Under the pieces are notes generated by a model. It saw only the letters and a program-made list of their open reading frames with translations. It was not told where the DNA came from and did no database searches. From contig CAZMNE010000002.1 in the NCBI GenBank assembly GCA_964567645.1, forward strand, positions 1 to 51,746: a stretch of 51,746 nucleotides of DNA, given 5' to 3'. The translations under genes and the position numbers were made by a program. Positions 9,252 to 17,170 of this stretch are shown in pieces (position 1 is the first letter of the stretch; each line of letters begins with the position of its first letter). Origin of the DNA: an uncultured Gammaproteobacteria bacterium (GTDB taxonomy: Bacteria > Patescibacteriota > Patescibacteriia > Patescibacteriales > UBA12465).

Positions 9252-9485
9252 TTAAAAGAGATAGCTTATTCCTATGCTAAACAGGTAGTTGCCCTCTCCA
9301 TAAAAATTATATCCGGCCGTAGTAAAGGCAGAAAAATTTTTAGTTAGGGGTTGTTTGTATTTTAATTCAAACAAATATCCCCATTTTTGCCTTATTATTT
9401 TTTGGCCTTGCCAAATATATTTTTTTTGTTTATAATAAAAACAATCATAAATATTGTATTTATGACAATGTTTTATTTTTTGCGC
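9252..9485 (-). pseudogene. Start-less 77-codon open frame, possibly a remnant of a beta-barrel-type protein gene
   Basis: No stop codon for 77 codons in roughly 30%-GC DNA, and no ATG or GTG in frame. The translation ends ...WGYLFELKYKQPLTKNFSAFTTAGYNFYGEGNYLFSIGISYLF*. The frame runs into tRNA-Lys on the opposite strand and is followed by its own terminator. Confidence 0.3.
9408..9436 (+). promoter_or_regulatory. Strong sigma70-like promoter for the tRNA-Lys/tRNA-Thr pair
   Basis: TTGCCA (9408-9413), a 17-nt spacer, then TATAAT (9431-9436), about 45 nt upstream of tRNA-Lys. Confidence 0.55.
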
Positions 9486-9554
9486 TCATAGCTCAGTTGG
9501 TAGAGCAGCTGCCTTTTAAGCAGAAGGTCGCAGGTTCGAATCCTGCTGGGCGCA
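9482..9554 (+). tRNA. tRNA-Lys (anticodon UUU)
   Basis: Manual cloverleaf: acceptor GCGCUCA/UGGGCGC, D arm GCUC-AGUUGGUA-GAGC, anticodon loop CUUUUAA, T arm GCAGG-UUCGAAU-CCUGC, discriminator A. There is one G-A mismatch at 27-43. No encoded CCA. Confidence 0.9.
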
Positions 9555-9561
9555 CAAATCA

Positions 9562-9635
9562 GCCGCCTTAGCTCAGCTGGCCAGAGCGACTGTCTTGTAA
9601 ACAGTAGGTCGTCGGTTCGAACCCGACAGGCGGCT
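9562..9635 (+). tRNA. tRNA-Thr (anticodon UGU)
   Basis: Manual cloverleaf: acceptor GCCGCCU/AGGCGGC, anticodon stem ACUGU/ACAGU with loop CUUGUAA, T arm GUCGG-UUCGAAC-CCGAC, discriminator U. No encoded CCA. Confidence 0.9.
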
Positions 9636-9664
9636 CATAAAAAACGTTTTTAACGTTTTTTTGT

Positions 9665-9693
9665 TTGGAAAATTTAGCCATTATTGTTATAAT
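9665..9693 (+). promoter_or_regulatory. Sigma70-like promoter upstream of mtaB
   Basis: TTGGAA (9665-9670), a 17-nt spacer, then TATAAT (9688-9693), 30 nt upstream of the ATG at 9723. Confidence 0.45.
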
Positions 9694-9722
9694 AAAAATA
9701 ATATTTTTATTTTAGCTTTATC

Positions 9723-11015
9723 ATGGAAAAAAATAAAAAAATAAAATTTAAAATTCATACTCTAGGATGCAAGGTTAATCAATATGATTCAGCCACCTTA
9801 ACCAGCTTATTGGTTAATTTTGGTCTTTTTTTATCAGATAAAGAGCCTAATCTTATCATTATTAATTCTTGCTCAGTAACAAAAAATGCTATTTTAAAAG
9901 CTAGAAGATTAATTAATGTATTAAAGAAGAATAACCCCAAAGCCAAAATAGCTTTAATTGGTTGTTGGCCTAGAATATATAAAATTAATGATTTGGATGT
10001 GGACTTGATTTCTGTATCCAAGGAGTACGAAGATATTATAGATGATTTTAAAAATATTTGGCCTAATTTTTTTTCTAAAAACATTCAAGAAAAAAAATAT
10101 ATTAGCTACTTTAACCCCATCGAAGATCGGAGTCGTTATTTTATAAAAGTCCAGGATGGTTGTCAGCAATTTTGTTCTTATTGTATCATTTCTTTTGCCA
10201 GGGGACCATTAAATAGTAGATCTAGTAAAGAGATTATAGCAGAAATATCAAGGGCCGTAATTAATGGTTTTGAAGAAATTGTTTTATCAGGAATTCATTT
10301 GGGATTATATGGTCAAGATTTTTTAAAAAAGAAAGAAAATTTATATCAATTGCTTTTAAAAATTTTAGAAATTAGAGGTTTGGGGAGGGTTAGGCTTAGT
10401 TCTATCGAAGTTACTGAGGTTAGTGATGAAATTATTGATTTAATTTTTAAAGATAATAAAATGTGTCGTCATTTACACATCCCCTTGCAGTCTGGTAGTG
10501 ATAAAATTTTACGTTTAATGAACAGACCTTATAGCAAAAAATATTTTTTTAATCAAATAAAAAAAATTAGAAAAAAAATTCCTAATATTTCGCTAACAAC
10601 TGATGTTATTGTTGGCTTTCCAGGAGAAAATAAAAAAGATTTTCAAGAAACCTTTCAATTTTGTCAAGAAATTGGTTTTTCCAAAATTCATGTTTTTTCT
10701 TTTTCGGCTCATGAAAAAGCTCCAGCTTTTTATTTTCCAGATAAAGTAATTCCCAGTGAAATAAAGAGTCGTTCAGCAAAATTACGTCAATTATCCGAAA
10801 AGATGGAAAAAAAATATCAACAAGAAATTTTACAAAGATATAATAGTCTCAATGTTCTAATTGAAAATATTTCTGATAAATTTATTAAATTAAAAACAGA
10901 ATTTTATTTTGATATTTTAATTAAATCTAGTATTTTTAAAAAATATTATCCATGTTTTTTTTCAAGTAAAGAAAATAATTGTATAGGAAAAATAATTAAA
11001 TATAACTTTAAATAA
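9723..11015 (+). CDS. mtaB: Radical-SAM methylthiotransferase, MtaB-like (MiaB/RimO superfamily)
   Basis: N-terminal UPF0004 motif HTLGCKVNQYDS, radical-SAM cluster CQQFCSYC, and downstream HIPLQSGSDKILRLMNRPY. The C-terminal TRAM region is poorly conserved. Confidence 0.8.
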   Translation: MEKNKKIKFKIHTLGCKVNQYDSATLTSLLVNFGLFLSDKEPNLIIINSCSVTKNAILKARRLINVLKKNNPKAKIALIGCWPRIYKINDLDVDLISVSKEYEDIIDDFKNIWPNFFSKNIQEKKYISYFNPIEDRSRYFIKVQDGCQQFCSYCIISFARGPLNSRSSKEIIAEISRAVINGFEEIVLSGIHLGLYGQDFLKKKENLYQLLLKILEIRGLGRVRLSSIEVTEVSDEIIDLIFKDNKMCRHLHIPLQSGSDKILRLMNRPYSKKYFFNQIKKIRKKIPNISLTTDVIVGFPGENKKDFQETFQFCQEIGFSKIHVFSFSAHEKAPAFYFPDKVIPSEIKSRSAKLRQLSEKMEKKYQQEILQRYNSLNVLIENISDKFIKLKTEFYFDILIKSSIFKKYYPCFFSSKENNCIGKIIKYNFK

Positions 11016-11040
11016 GCGGCCTGATAGCCGCTTATTTAAT
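11013..11040 (+). terminator. Intrinsic terminator after mtaB
   Basis: 8-bp GC-containing stem TAAGCGGC (11013-11020) / GCCGCTTA (11027-11034), overlapping the stop codon and followed by a T-rich tract. Confidence 0.7.
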
Positions 11041-11124
11041 TTAAATTTATTATAAATTAATTTTTATTTTATTTTAGGTCTGATATTTTATATTTAAAAT
11101 CTTAAAAATTAATTTTTTAAAAAA

Positions 11125-12093
11125 ATGAGCCTTGCTAAGTATTGCCGAGTTTTTTGGGGAGTGATTTTGATAAATTTCTTAACCCTATTGGCTTTTTTGT
11201 CTTGTATTTTTTATGTTGAGGGATGCGGTTATAATTTTTTATTAATTTGCTTGATATGCCTGATATCTTTTTTATCTATTAATTTTTTAATTTTTATATT
11301 ATTAGCTAAATTAGTAAAAAATAAAAATAAAAATAAAAAAATGTTAAATAAATATAATAAGAAAATAGAAGAATATTTTTTAAAAGTTTCTAAAATCAAT
11401 GGTTTGGCGGGGGCTGGTCAAATTTCTTTAGGAGTTTATCATGACCTATCTAATATTTTAACCTCTTCTAATTTAGCCTTGTATCGAATGATGGAAAAAT
11501 TTAAAAACAATAAAGAGTTAAATAAGTTTATTGTTAAAATTTTTAAAATAAATTATCGAGCTAATCTTTTAATAAAGTCATTTAAAAATCAGTGTCAAAT
11601 TGGTAAATATAAAATTAAATTTAATTTATTGGGTGAGATTAAAAAAAATTTATTAATTTTAGAATATGGTTTTATTAAAAATAATATTAAAGTAAAAATA
11701 ATGATTAAAAAGGATATTAATCTTTTTGGTGATCCAATTAAATTTGGCCAAGTCATTTTAAATTTAATAAATAATGCCATAGAGTCCTTTGATGTAAGCC
11801 AGAATAATAAAGAGATTTTAATTTTAGCTCAAGAAATTAAGCGTAAAAAATGCGGTTGTCGTCAAATAGAATTAATTGTAGAAGATAGTGGCAAGGGAAT
11901 GGCAAGTAGCGTTTTGAAAAATATTTTTAAACCATTTTTCTCTTCAAAAAATAATAATTCTAGTCATTGTGGAGTGGGCCTATCTATTGTTAAGAGAATT
12001 ATTGAGGCTGATTTTTCTGGAAGTATTTCGGTTATTAGCTTGGTCGGGCGAGGTACAAAATTTAAAATTATTTTACCTAATTTCAAAGCTTAG
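11125..12093 (+). CDS. Sensor histidine kinase (intramembrane-sensing type, no extracytoplasmic domain)
   Basis: Hydrophobic N-terminal TM helices with almost no loop between them. H-box GVYHDLSNIL, N-box ILNLINNAIES, G1 VEDSGKGM, G2 GVGLSIVKRI. Confidence 0.8.
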   Translation: MSLAKYCRVFWGVILINFLTLLAFLSCIFYVEGCGYNFLLICLICLISFLSINFLIFILLAKLVKNKNKNKKMLNKYNKKIEEYFLKVSKINGLAGAGQISLGVYHDLSNILTSSNLALYRMMEKFKNNKELNKFIVKIFKINYRANLLIKSFKNQCQIGKYKIKFNLLGEIKKNLLILEYGFIKNNIKVKIMIKKDINLFGDPIKFGQVILNLINNAIESFDVSQNNKEILILAQEIKRKKCGCRQIELIVEDSGKGMASSVLKNIFKPFFSSKNNNSSHCGVGLSIVKRIIEADFSGSISVISLVGRGTKFKIILPNFKA

Positions 12094-12131
12094 AGGGTGT
12101 TTTATTTGTTTTTTCCTTTGAATTAAACCCC

Positions 12132-12159
12132 TTGAAATTAAAGGTAATTTTAGTATAAT
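12132..12159 (+). promoter_or_regulatory. Sigma70-like promoter upstream of the P-type ATPase gene
   Basis: TTGAAA (12132-12137), a 16-nt spacer, then TATAAT (12154-12159). Confidence 0.45.
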
Positions 12160-12185
12160 AGTATTACGTTATTTATAAAAAATTT

Positions 12186-14720
12186 ATGAAAATTTTAGGA
12201 TTAGCTAAAAAAGATTCTCATCAGGTAGTTTTAGATTTTGAAAGTGATATTGATAAAGGATTAAGCTCGGTTGAGGCAAAAACTCGCTTAGAAAAAAATG
12301 GTCTAAATAATCTGCCGGATAAAGATTTTAAATGGTGGAAAATATTTTTAAAACAATTTAAATCGGCTTTTATTTATTTATTATTGATAGCCGCTGTCCT
12401 ATCTTTTCTGCTTGGTCAATATATTGAAGGTGGTATGATTTTATTGTTTATTGCTATAAATACTATTTTAGGCTTTTTTCAGGAATTTAAATCAGAAAAT
12501 ACTGTTAGGTTATTAAAGAATTTTATTAAGATTAAATCGGGGGTAATTAGAGATGGTAAAAAACAAATGATTGATAGTCAAGAGCTGGTAGTCGGGGATA
12601 TTTTAGAATTGGAGACCGGAGATAAAATTGGAGCAGATTTAAGGATTATAGAGTCGCAAGATTTGTATATTGATGAATCTATTTTAACTGGAGAGTCTCT
12701 AAATATAGTTAAGCAGGGTGAAAGAATTTTAAATGATGATATAAATTGTTTTTCAGCCTCTAATTTATGTTTTTCTGGAACTTCAGTGATCAGGGGTAAG
12801 GCTAAGGCTATCGTAGTAGCTACTGGCAAAGATACTTTTTTAGGTAGTATTTCAAAGTTGACTTCTAAAGTTGAGAGGGTTAGTGATTTTGAGAAGGGGA
12901 TTTCACGTTTTAGTTCTTTTATTTTAAAATTAGTTTTAGTTACTTTAATTTTTGTGTTTGTTTTTAATGCTTTCTTTAAAAATGGTTTAAATATTTTAGA
13001 ATTGACAATTTTTTCAATTGCTTTAGCAATATCGGTTATACCAGAGGCTTTGCCCCTAGTTATGACCTTTTCTTTCTCTAAGGGGGCTATGAATTTAGCC
13101 AAACATGATGTAGTTGTTAAAAGATTGTCTTCGGTGGAAGATTTGGGCAATATTGATATTTTATGTTCCGATAAAACAGGAACTTTAACAGAAAATAAAT
13201 TAACCGTTATTGATTTTTATAGCTCGATTAATCCAGTTAAAAAAATATTGTTATACGCTGGATTGGCGACTTCTCGTCTAGAAGAAAAAAAAGAACCTTT
13301 TGATATAGCTATTTTTGATAAGATGAGCGAGGATGATAAAAAGGAATTAGCTAAATTTGAGTTTATAATTGATACTCCTTTTAACCCAGAGAGACAAAGA
13401 AATAATGCCTTAGTGAAAAATGATAATTTAGAGTTGATAGTGCGAGGAGCTGCCGAGGTTATATTTGAATTATGTGATAATTTAAATGATGTTCAAAAAG
13501 ATGATATTAGAAGATGGATTTCAGAGCAAGGGTTTTTAGGAAGAAGAGTTTTAGCTATCGCTAAGAAAACCTTGAAAGAAGTAAATTTAGATGATTTAAA
13601 AAATAATTTAGTTGAAGCTGAAAAGAGTTTGGAGTTTTTAGGATTAATTTCTTTAGCTGATCCGATTAAAGATTCGGTTAAAAAAGCAGTTATCGATGCT
13701 CGAGATTTAAATGTTGGACTTAAGATTATTACTGGAGATAGTGCTGAGGTGGCTGGTTCAGTAGCTTATCAGATTGGGCTGATAGACGATCCTAAAAAAG
13801 TTTTTTTAGCTAAAAATTTTATTGGATTATCTGAAAATGAGAAGAAAAAAGTTTTAGAGGAATATCAAGTTTTTGCTAGGGTTTTGCCAGAACAAAAATT
13901 CGATATTATAAAGGGCTTACAAGAAAAATATAGTGTTGGCTATATTGGTGATGGCATTAATGACGCTCCGGCCCTGAAAGCTGCTGGGGTTTCTTTGGTG
14001 GTTAAAAACGCCTCTGATATTGCCAGGGAAACAGCTGATATTGTTTTATTAGAAAGTGATCTAAATGTTATTATTGAGGGAATAAAAGAGGGAAGAAAAA
14101 TTTTTACCAATAGCAATAAATACATTAAGTCTACTTTGGCTTCTAATTTTGGTAATTTTTATGCTGTGGCTATTGCTTCATTGTTGATAGATTTTTTGCC
14201 AATGTTGCCATTACAAATTTTATTATTAAATTTATTATCTGATTTTCCAATGATTGCCATAGCCACTGACAATGTTGATAAAGAAGAATTATTATCTCCT
14301 AAAAAATATCAAGTTAAAGATATTATTATTATTGCCATGATTTTGGGAATATTAAGCTCGGTTTTTGATTTTATATTTTTTGCAATGTTTTATAAAATTT
14401 CGCCGGAAGTTTTACAAACTAATTGGTTTATAGCTAGTATTTTAACAGAATTGGCTTTCTTGTTTTCAATTAGAACTAGAAAATTTATGTTCAGAGCTCG
14501 CAGACCATCTTTTTTAGTTGGATCTTTGACTTTAATTGCCGCTATTATTACTATTATTATTCCTTTCACTGTTTTTGGTCATAAAGTCTTTGGCTTTATA
14601 AATCCCAATCCTTATCATTTGTTAATAATTTTAATTGTTTCTATTGTTTATTTAATTTTTTCTGAAATTATAAAATTCTTTTATTATAGAAACAAGGAAA
14701 ATAATTATGCCAAAATTTAA
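12186..14720 (+). CDS. Cation-transporting P-type ATPase (type II/III-like, Ca2+/Mg2+ class; specificity not determinable)
   Basis: Cation_ATPase_N-like start (GLSSVEAKTRLEKNGLNNL), TGES actuator motif (LTGESL), phosphorylation site CSDKTGTLTENK, ITGDS, and hinge GDGINDAPALKAAGVS. About 10 TM segments, 844 aa. Confidence 0.9.
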   Translation: MKILGLAKKDSHQVVLDFESDIDKGLSSVEAKTRLEKNGLNNLPDKDFKWWKIFLKQFKSAFIYLLLIAAVLSFLLGQYIEGGMILLFIAINTILGFFQEFKSENTVRLLKNFIKIKSGVIRDGKKQMIDSQELVVGDILELETGDKIGADLRIIESQDLYIDESILTGESLNIVKQGERILNDDINCFSASNLCFSGTSVIRGKAKAIVVATGKDTFLGSISKLTSKVERVSDFEKGISRFSSFILKLVLVTLIFVFVFNAFFKNGLNILELTIFSIALAISVIPEALPLVMTFSFSKGAMNLAKHDVVVKRLSSVEDLGNIDILCSDKTGTLTENKLTVIDFYSSINPVKKILLYAGLATSRLEEKKEPFDIAIFDKMSEDDKKELAKFEFIIDTPFNPERQRNNALVKNDNLELIVRGAAEVIFELCDNLNDVQKDDIRRWISEQGFLGRRVLAIAKKTLKEVNLDDLKNNLVEAEKSLEFLGLISLADPIKDSVKKAVIDARDLNVGLKIITGDSAEVAGSVAYQIGLIDDPKKVFLAKNFIGLSENEKKKVLEEYQVFARVLPEQKFDIIKGLQEKYSVGYIGDGINDAPALKAAGVSLVVKNASDIARETADIVLLESDLNVIIEGIKEGRKIFTNSNKYIKSTLASNFGNFYAVAIASLLIDFLPMLPLQILLLNLLSDFPMIAIATDNVDKEELLSPKKYQVKDIIIIAMILGILSSVFDFIFFAMFYKISPEVLQTNWFIASILTELAFLFSIRTRKFMFRARRPSFLVGSLTLIAAIITIIIPFTVFGHKVFGFINPNPYHLLIILIVSIVYLIFSEIIKFFYYRNKENNYAKI

Positions 14721-15915
14721 CCCAAAAGAACCAATAGCTAGTTTGCTTCGACCAGATAGTTTAGATTGTTTTTTCGGTCAAGAAAAAATAATTGGAAAAA
14801 AATCTTGGTTAAGGGAAGTTATTAAAAAAGATCGAGTTCCTTCTTTGGTTTTTTGGGGTCCTCCGGGATCCGGTAAAACAACTTTGGCTTATATAATATC
14901 TAAAGAGACTAAAGCCGAATTTAAAAACTTATCTGCTACTGATAGTGGAATTAAAGATTTGAGGGAGATAGTAAAGCAAGCCGAAATTAGTCAAAGATTG
15001 GGTGGTAAAACGGTTTTATTTATTGATGAAATTCATCGTTGGAATAAAGCTCAGCAGGACGCTTTATTGCCCTATGTAGAAAAAGGATTATTAATTTTAA
15101 TTGGGGCTACTACAGAAAATCCTAGCTTTTCTATTAATTCTTCATTATTATCGAGATTAAAGGTTATTGTCTTAGAAAGCTTAGATGAGGCAAGTTTAAT
15201 AAAAATAATTGAAAGAGGGGTTAGGGAATTAAATTTAAAAATTAAAAAAGATTTAATAAAGTTTATTGTTAGCTTAAGTGGTGGCGACGCTAGAAGGTCT
15301 TTAAATATTTTAGAGTTAATTTATTTGTCTGATAGAGAAATTTCAGTGGAGTTGATAAAAGAGCTTGCTAATAAACCTCAATTAAATTATGATAAAAATG
15401 GTGAGGAGCATTATAATATTATTTCCGCCCTACATAAATCAATTCGAGGTAGCGATACTCAGGCTTCGCTCTATTGGTTGGTTAGGATGATAGAGTCGGG
15501 TGAAGACCCTTTGTACATCGCTAGAAGATTGATTCGTTTTGCTAGTGAAGATATCGGGCTAATTAATAATAGCGCTCTAATGATAGCTAATTCAGCTTAC
15601 GAAGCTTGTGCTAAAATTGGATTGCCAGAATGTAATTTAGCTCTAGCTCAATGCGTTCTTTATTTAGCTAAGTCAAGAAAAAGCGTAGCAGTTTATCAAG
15701 CTTATCAGGCTACTTTAGATGAAATTAAAATAAGTGGTTCTTTACCAGTTCCACTCCATTTAAGGAATGCTCCTACTGAGTTGATGAAAAGTATTGGATA
15801 TGCTAAAAATTATAAGTATACTCCGGTAGAAAATGATTCTAATCAAGAATATTTACCTAAAGGTTTAAAAAGTAAAGAATTTAAAAAAATAAAAAATTTA
15901 AAAATTGATTTATAA
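14707..15915 (+). CDS. rarA: Replication-associated recombination protein A (AAA+ ATPase RarA/MgsA)
   Basis: RPDSLDCFFGQEKIIGK..., Walker A GPPGSGKTTLA, Walker B LFIDEIHRWNKAQQDALLP, GATTENPSF, and the C-terminal MgsA_C motif HYNIISALHKSIRGSDTQASLYWL. It overlaps the ATPase gene by 14 nt. Confidence 0.9.
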   Translation: MPKFNPKEPIASLLRPDSLDCFFGQEKIIGKKSWLREVIKKDRVPSLVFWGPPGSGKTTLAYIISKETKAEFKNLSATDSGIKDLREIVKQAEISQRLGGKTVLFIDEIHRWNKAQQDALLPYVEKGLLILIGATTENPSFSINSSLLSRLKVIVLESLDEASLIKIIERGVRELNLKIKKDLIKFIVSLSGGDARRSLNILELIYLSDREISVELIKELANKPQLNYDKNGEEHYNIISALHKSIRGSDTQASLYWLVRMIESGEDPLYIARRLIRFASEDIGLINNSALMIANSAYEACAKIGLPECNLALAQCVLYLAKSRKSVAVYQAYQATLDEIKISGSLPVPLHLRNAPTELMKSIGYAKNYKYTPVENDSNQEYLPKGLKSKEFKKIKNLKIDL

Positions 15916-15925
15916 AAACATTTTT

Positions 15926-17149
15926 ATGGAATATTATATAGCTTTGTTAATAATTTTAATATTTTTGTCGGCTTTTTTCTCTTCAGCTGAAGTAGCTTTT
16001 TTGTCTTTGAGTGAGACTAGAATATCTACTATGATAAATAATAAAAGAAAAAATGCTAAATTGGTTAAAAAATTAAAATCAGATCCCAGGTCTTTATTAA
16101 TAACAATTTTAATTGGTAATAATATAGTCAATATTGGAGCAGCTTCTTTGGCTACGGTTGTTTTCTCTTATTATTTTAATTCGGCTGTGATTGGGATTAC
16201 CACTGGTGTCATGACTATTATAATTTTAATTGCTGGAGAAATTGTCCCCAAAGCTTTTGCCTCCTCTTATGCTGATTCTTTGGCTAGATTTTTTTCTCCT
16301 TTTATTTTATTTTTTAAAAAAATATTTTCTCCGATTACGTATGTTATGGACAAAATAACTAATTTGTTTGTAGGTCAGCACAAAGGAGAAAAGGTTAGCG
16401 AAGATGAACTTAAGGCTATGGCTATGACAGGAGTTGAACAAGGAACGATAGAAAAAAGTGAGGGAGCTATGATTGAAAAACTTTTTAGTTTAAATGATAT
16501 TACCGCCGAAGATATTATGACCCCAAGGGTGGAGTTAGTTTATATTTTAAATAATTCTCTGATAGAAGAGTGCGCTGAAAAAATAGAAGAATATGGAATT
16601 ACTAGATGTTTAGTGGTAGAAGAGAATCCTGATAAAGTTAAGGGGTTTGTTCACGCTCAAGATGTTTTATTGGCCTTTAGACAGGGCAGGGAGAAAGAAA
16701 ATGTTTCCGCCTTAATTCGTCCAATTGTTTTTGTGCCTAAGCAAATGATCATTAATAATATTTTAAAAGAATTTCAAAAAAGGAAAATACATATTGCCGT
16801 TGTTTTGGATGAATATGGCGGAACTGATGGAATTGTTACTTTAGAGGATATTATTGAAGAGCTAGTTGGGGAAATAATTGATGAGCATGATGTTGACGAT
16901 ACTTTAATTAAAAGAATTGGCAAAAATGAAATTATAGTTTCTGGTATCACTGAAGCCCGAGATATTAATAGGTTTTTAAATATTAATATTTCGGAGGATG
17001 GCTTAGATACAATAGCGGATATAATTTTAACTCAAATTAAGAAAATTCCTAAAGAAGGCATGAAGGTAAGGATTAGGGAATATGAATGTATTGTTGAAAA
17101 AGTAGAGAATAAGGTTATTAAATTAGTTAGAATAATAAAAAATATATAA
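15926..17149 (+). CDS. Hemolysin-family / CNNM transporter-associated protein (DUF21 + CBS pair + CorC_HlyC)
   Basis: N-terminal 4-TM DUF21 region (FFSSAEVAFLSLS...GEIVPK), CBS-pair region (IMTPRVE...), and C-terminal DEYGGTDGIVTLEDIIEELVGEI. I prefer the ATG at 15926 to the TTG at 15905 because it has the usual AT-rich context and no overlap. Confidence 0.85.
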   Translation: MEYYIALLIILIFLSAFFSSAEVAFLSLSETRISTMINNKRKNAKLVKKLKSDPRSLLITILIGNNIVNIGAASLATVVFSYYFNSAVIGITTGVMTIIILIAGEIVPKAFASSYADSLARFFSPFILFFKKIFSPITYVMDKITNLFVGQHKGEKVSEDELKAMAMTGVEQGTIEKSEGAMIEKLFSLNDITAEDIMTPRVELVYILNNSLIEECAEKIEEYGITRCLVVEENPDKVKGFVHAQDVLLAFRQGREKENVSALIRPIVFVPKQMIINNILKEFQKRKIHIAVVLDEYGGTDGIVTLEDIIEELVGEIIDEHDVDDTLIKRIGKNEIIVSGITEARDINRFLNINISEDGLDTIADIILTQIKKIPKEGMKVRIREYECIVEKVENKVIKLVRIIKNI

Positions 17150-17170
17150 ATATAATAATAAAATAAAAAT

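Noticed and set aside
9482-9635. The tRNA-Lys/tRNA-Thr pair as an integration hotspot flanked by a genomic island.
   Set aside because: There is no integrase, no direct repeat of a tRNA 3' end, and the flanking genes (dnaB, mtaB) are core housekeeping. The only oddity nearby is the start-less open frame, which is reported separately.
9641-9662. Direct repeat AACGTTTTT x2 right after tRNA-Thr, considered as a possible repeat element or binding site.
   Set aside because: AAAACG/CGTTTT also forms a short 6-bp AU-rich hairpin followed by a T-run. It is most simply a weak terminator for the tRNA transcript and too short to argue for anything else.
12578-13150. 190-aa ORF antisense to the P-type ATPase gene, the longest antisense ORF in the track.
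   Set aside because: It lies wholly inside, and opposite to, a gene with unmistakable P-type ATPase motifs. Its translation is low-complexity (Ser/Lys/Ile/Thr-rich) with no motif, promoter or terminator of its own. It is a typical shadow ORF.
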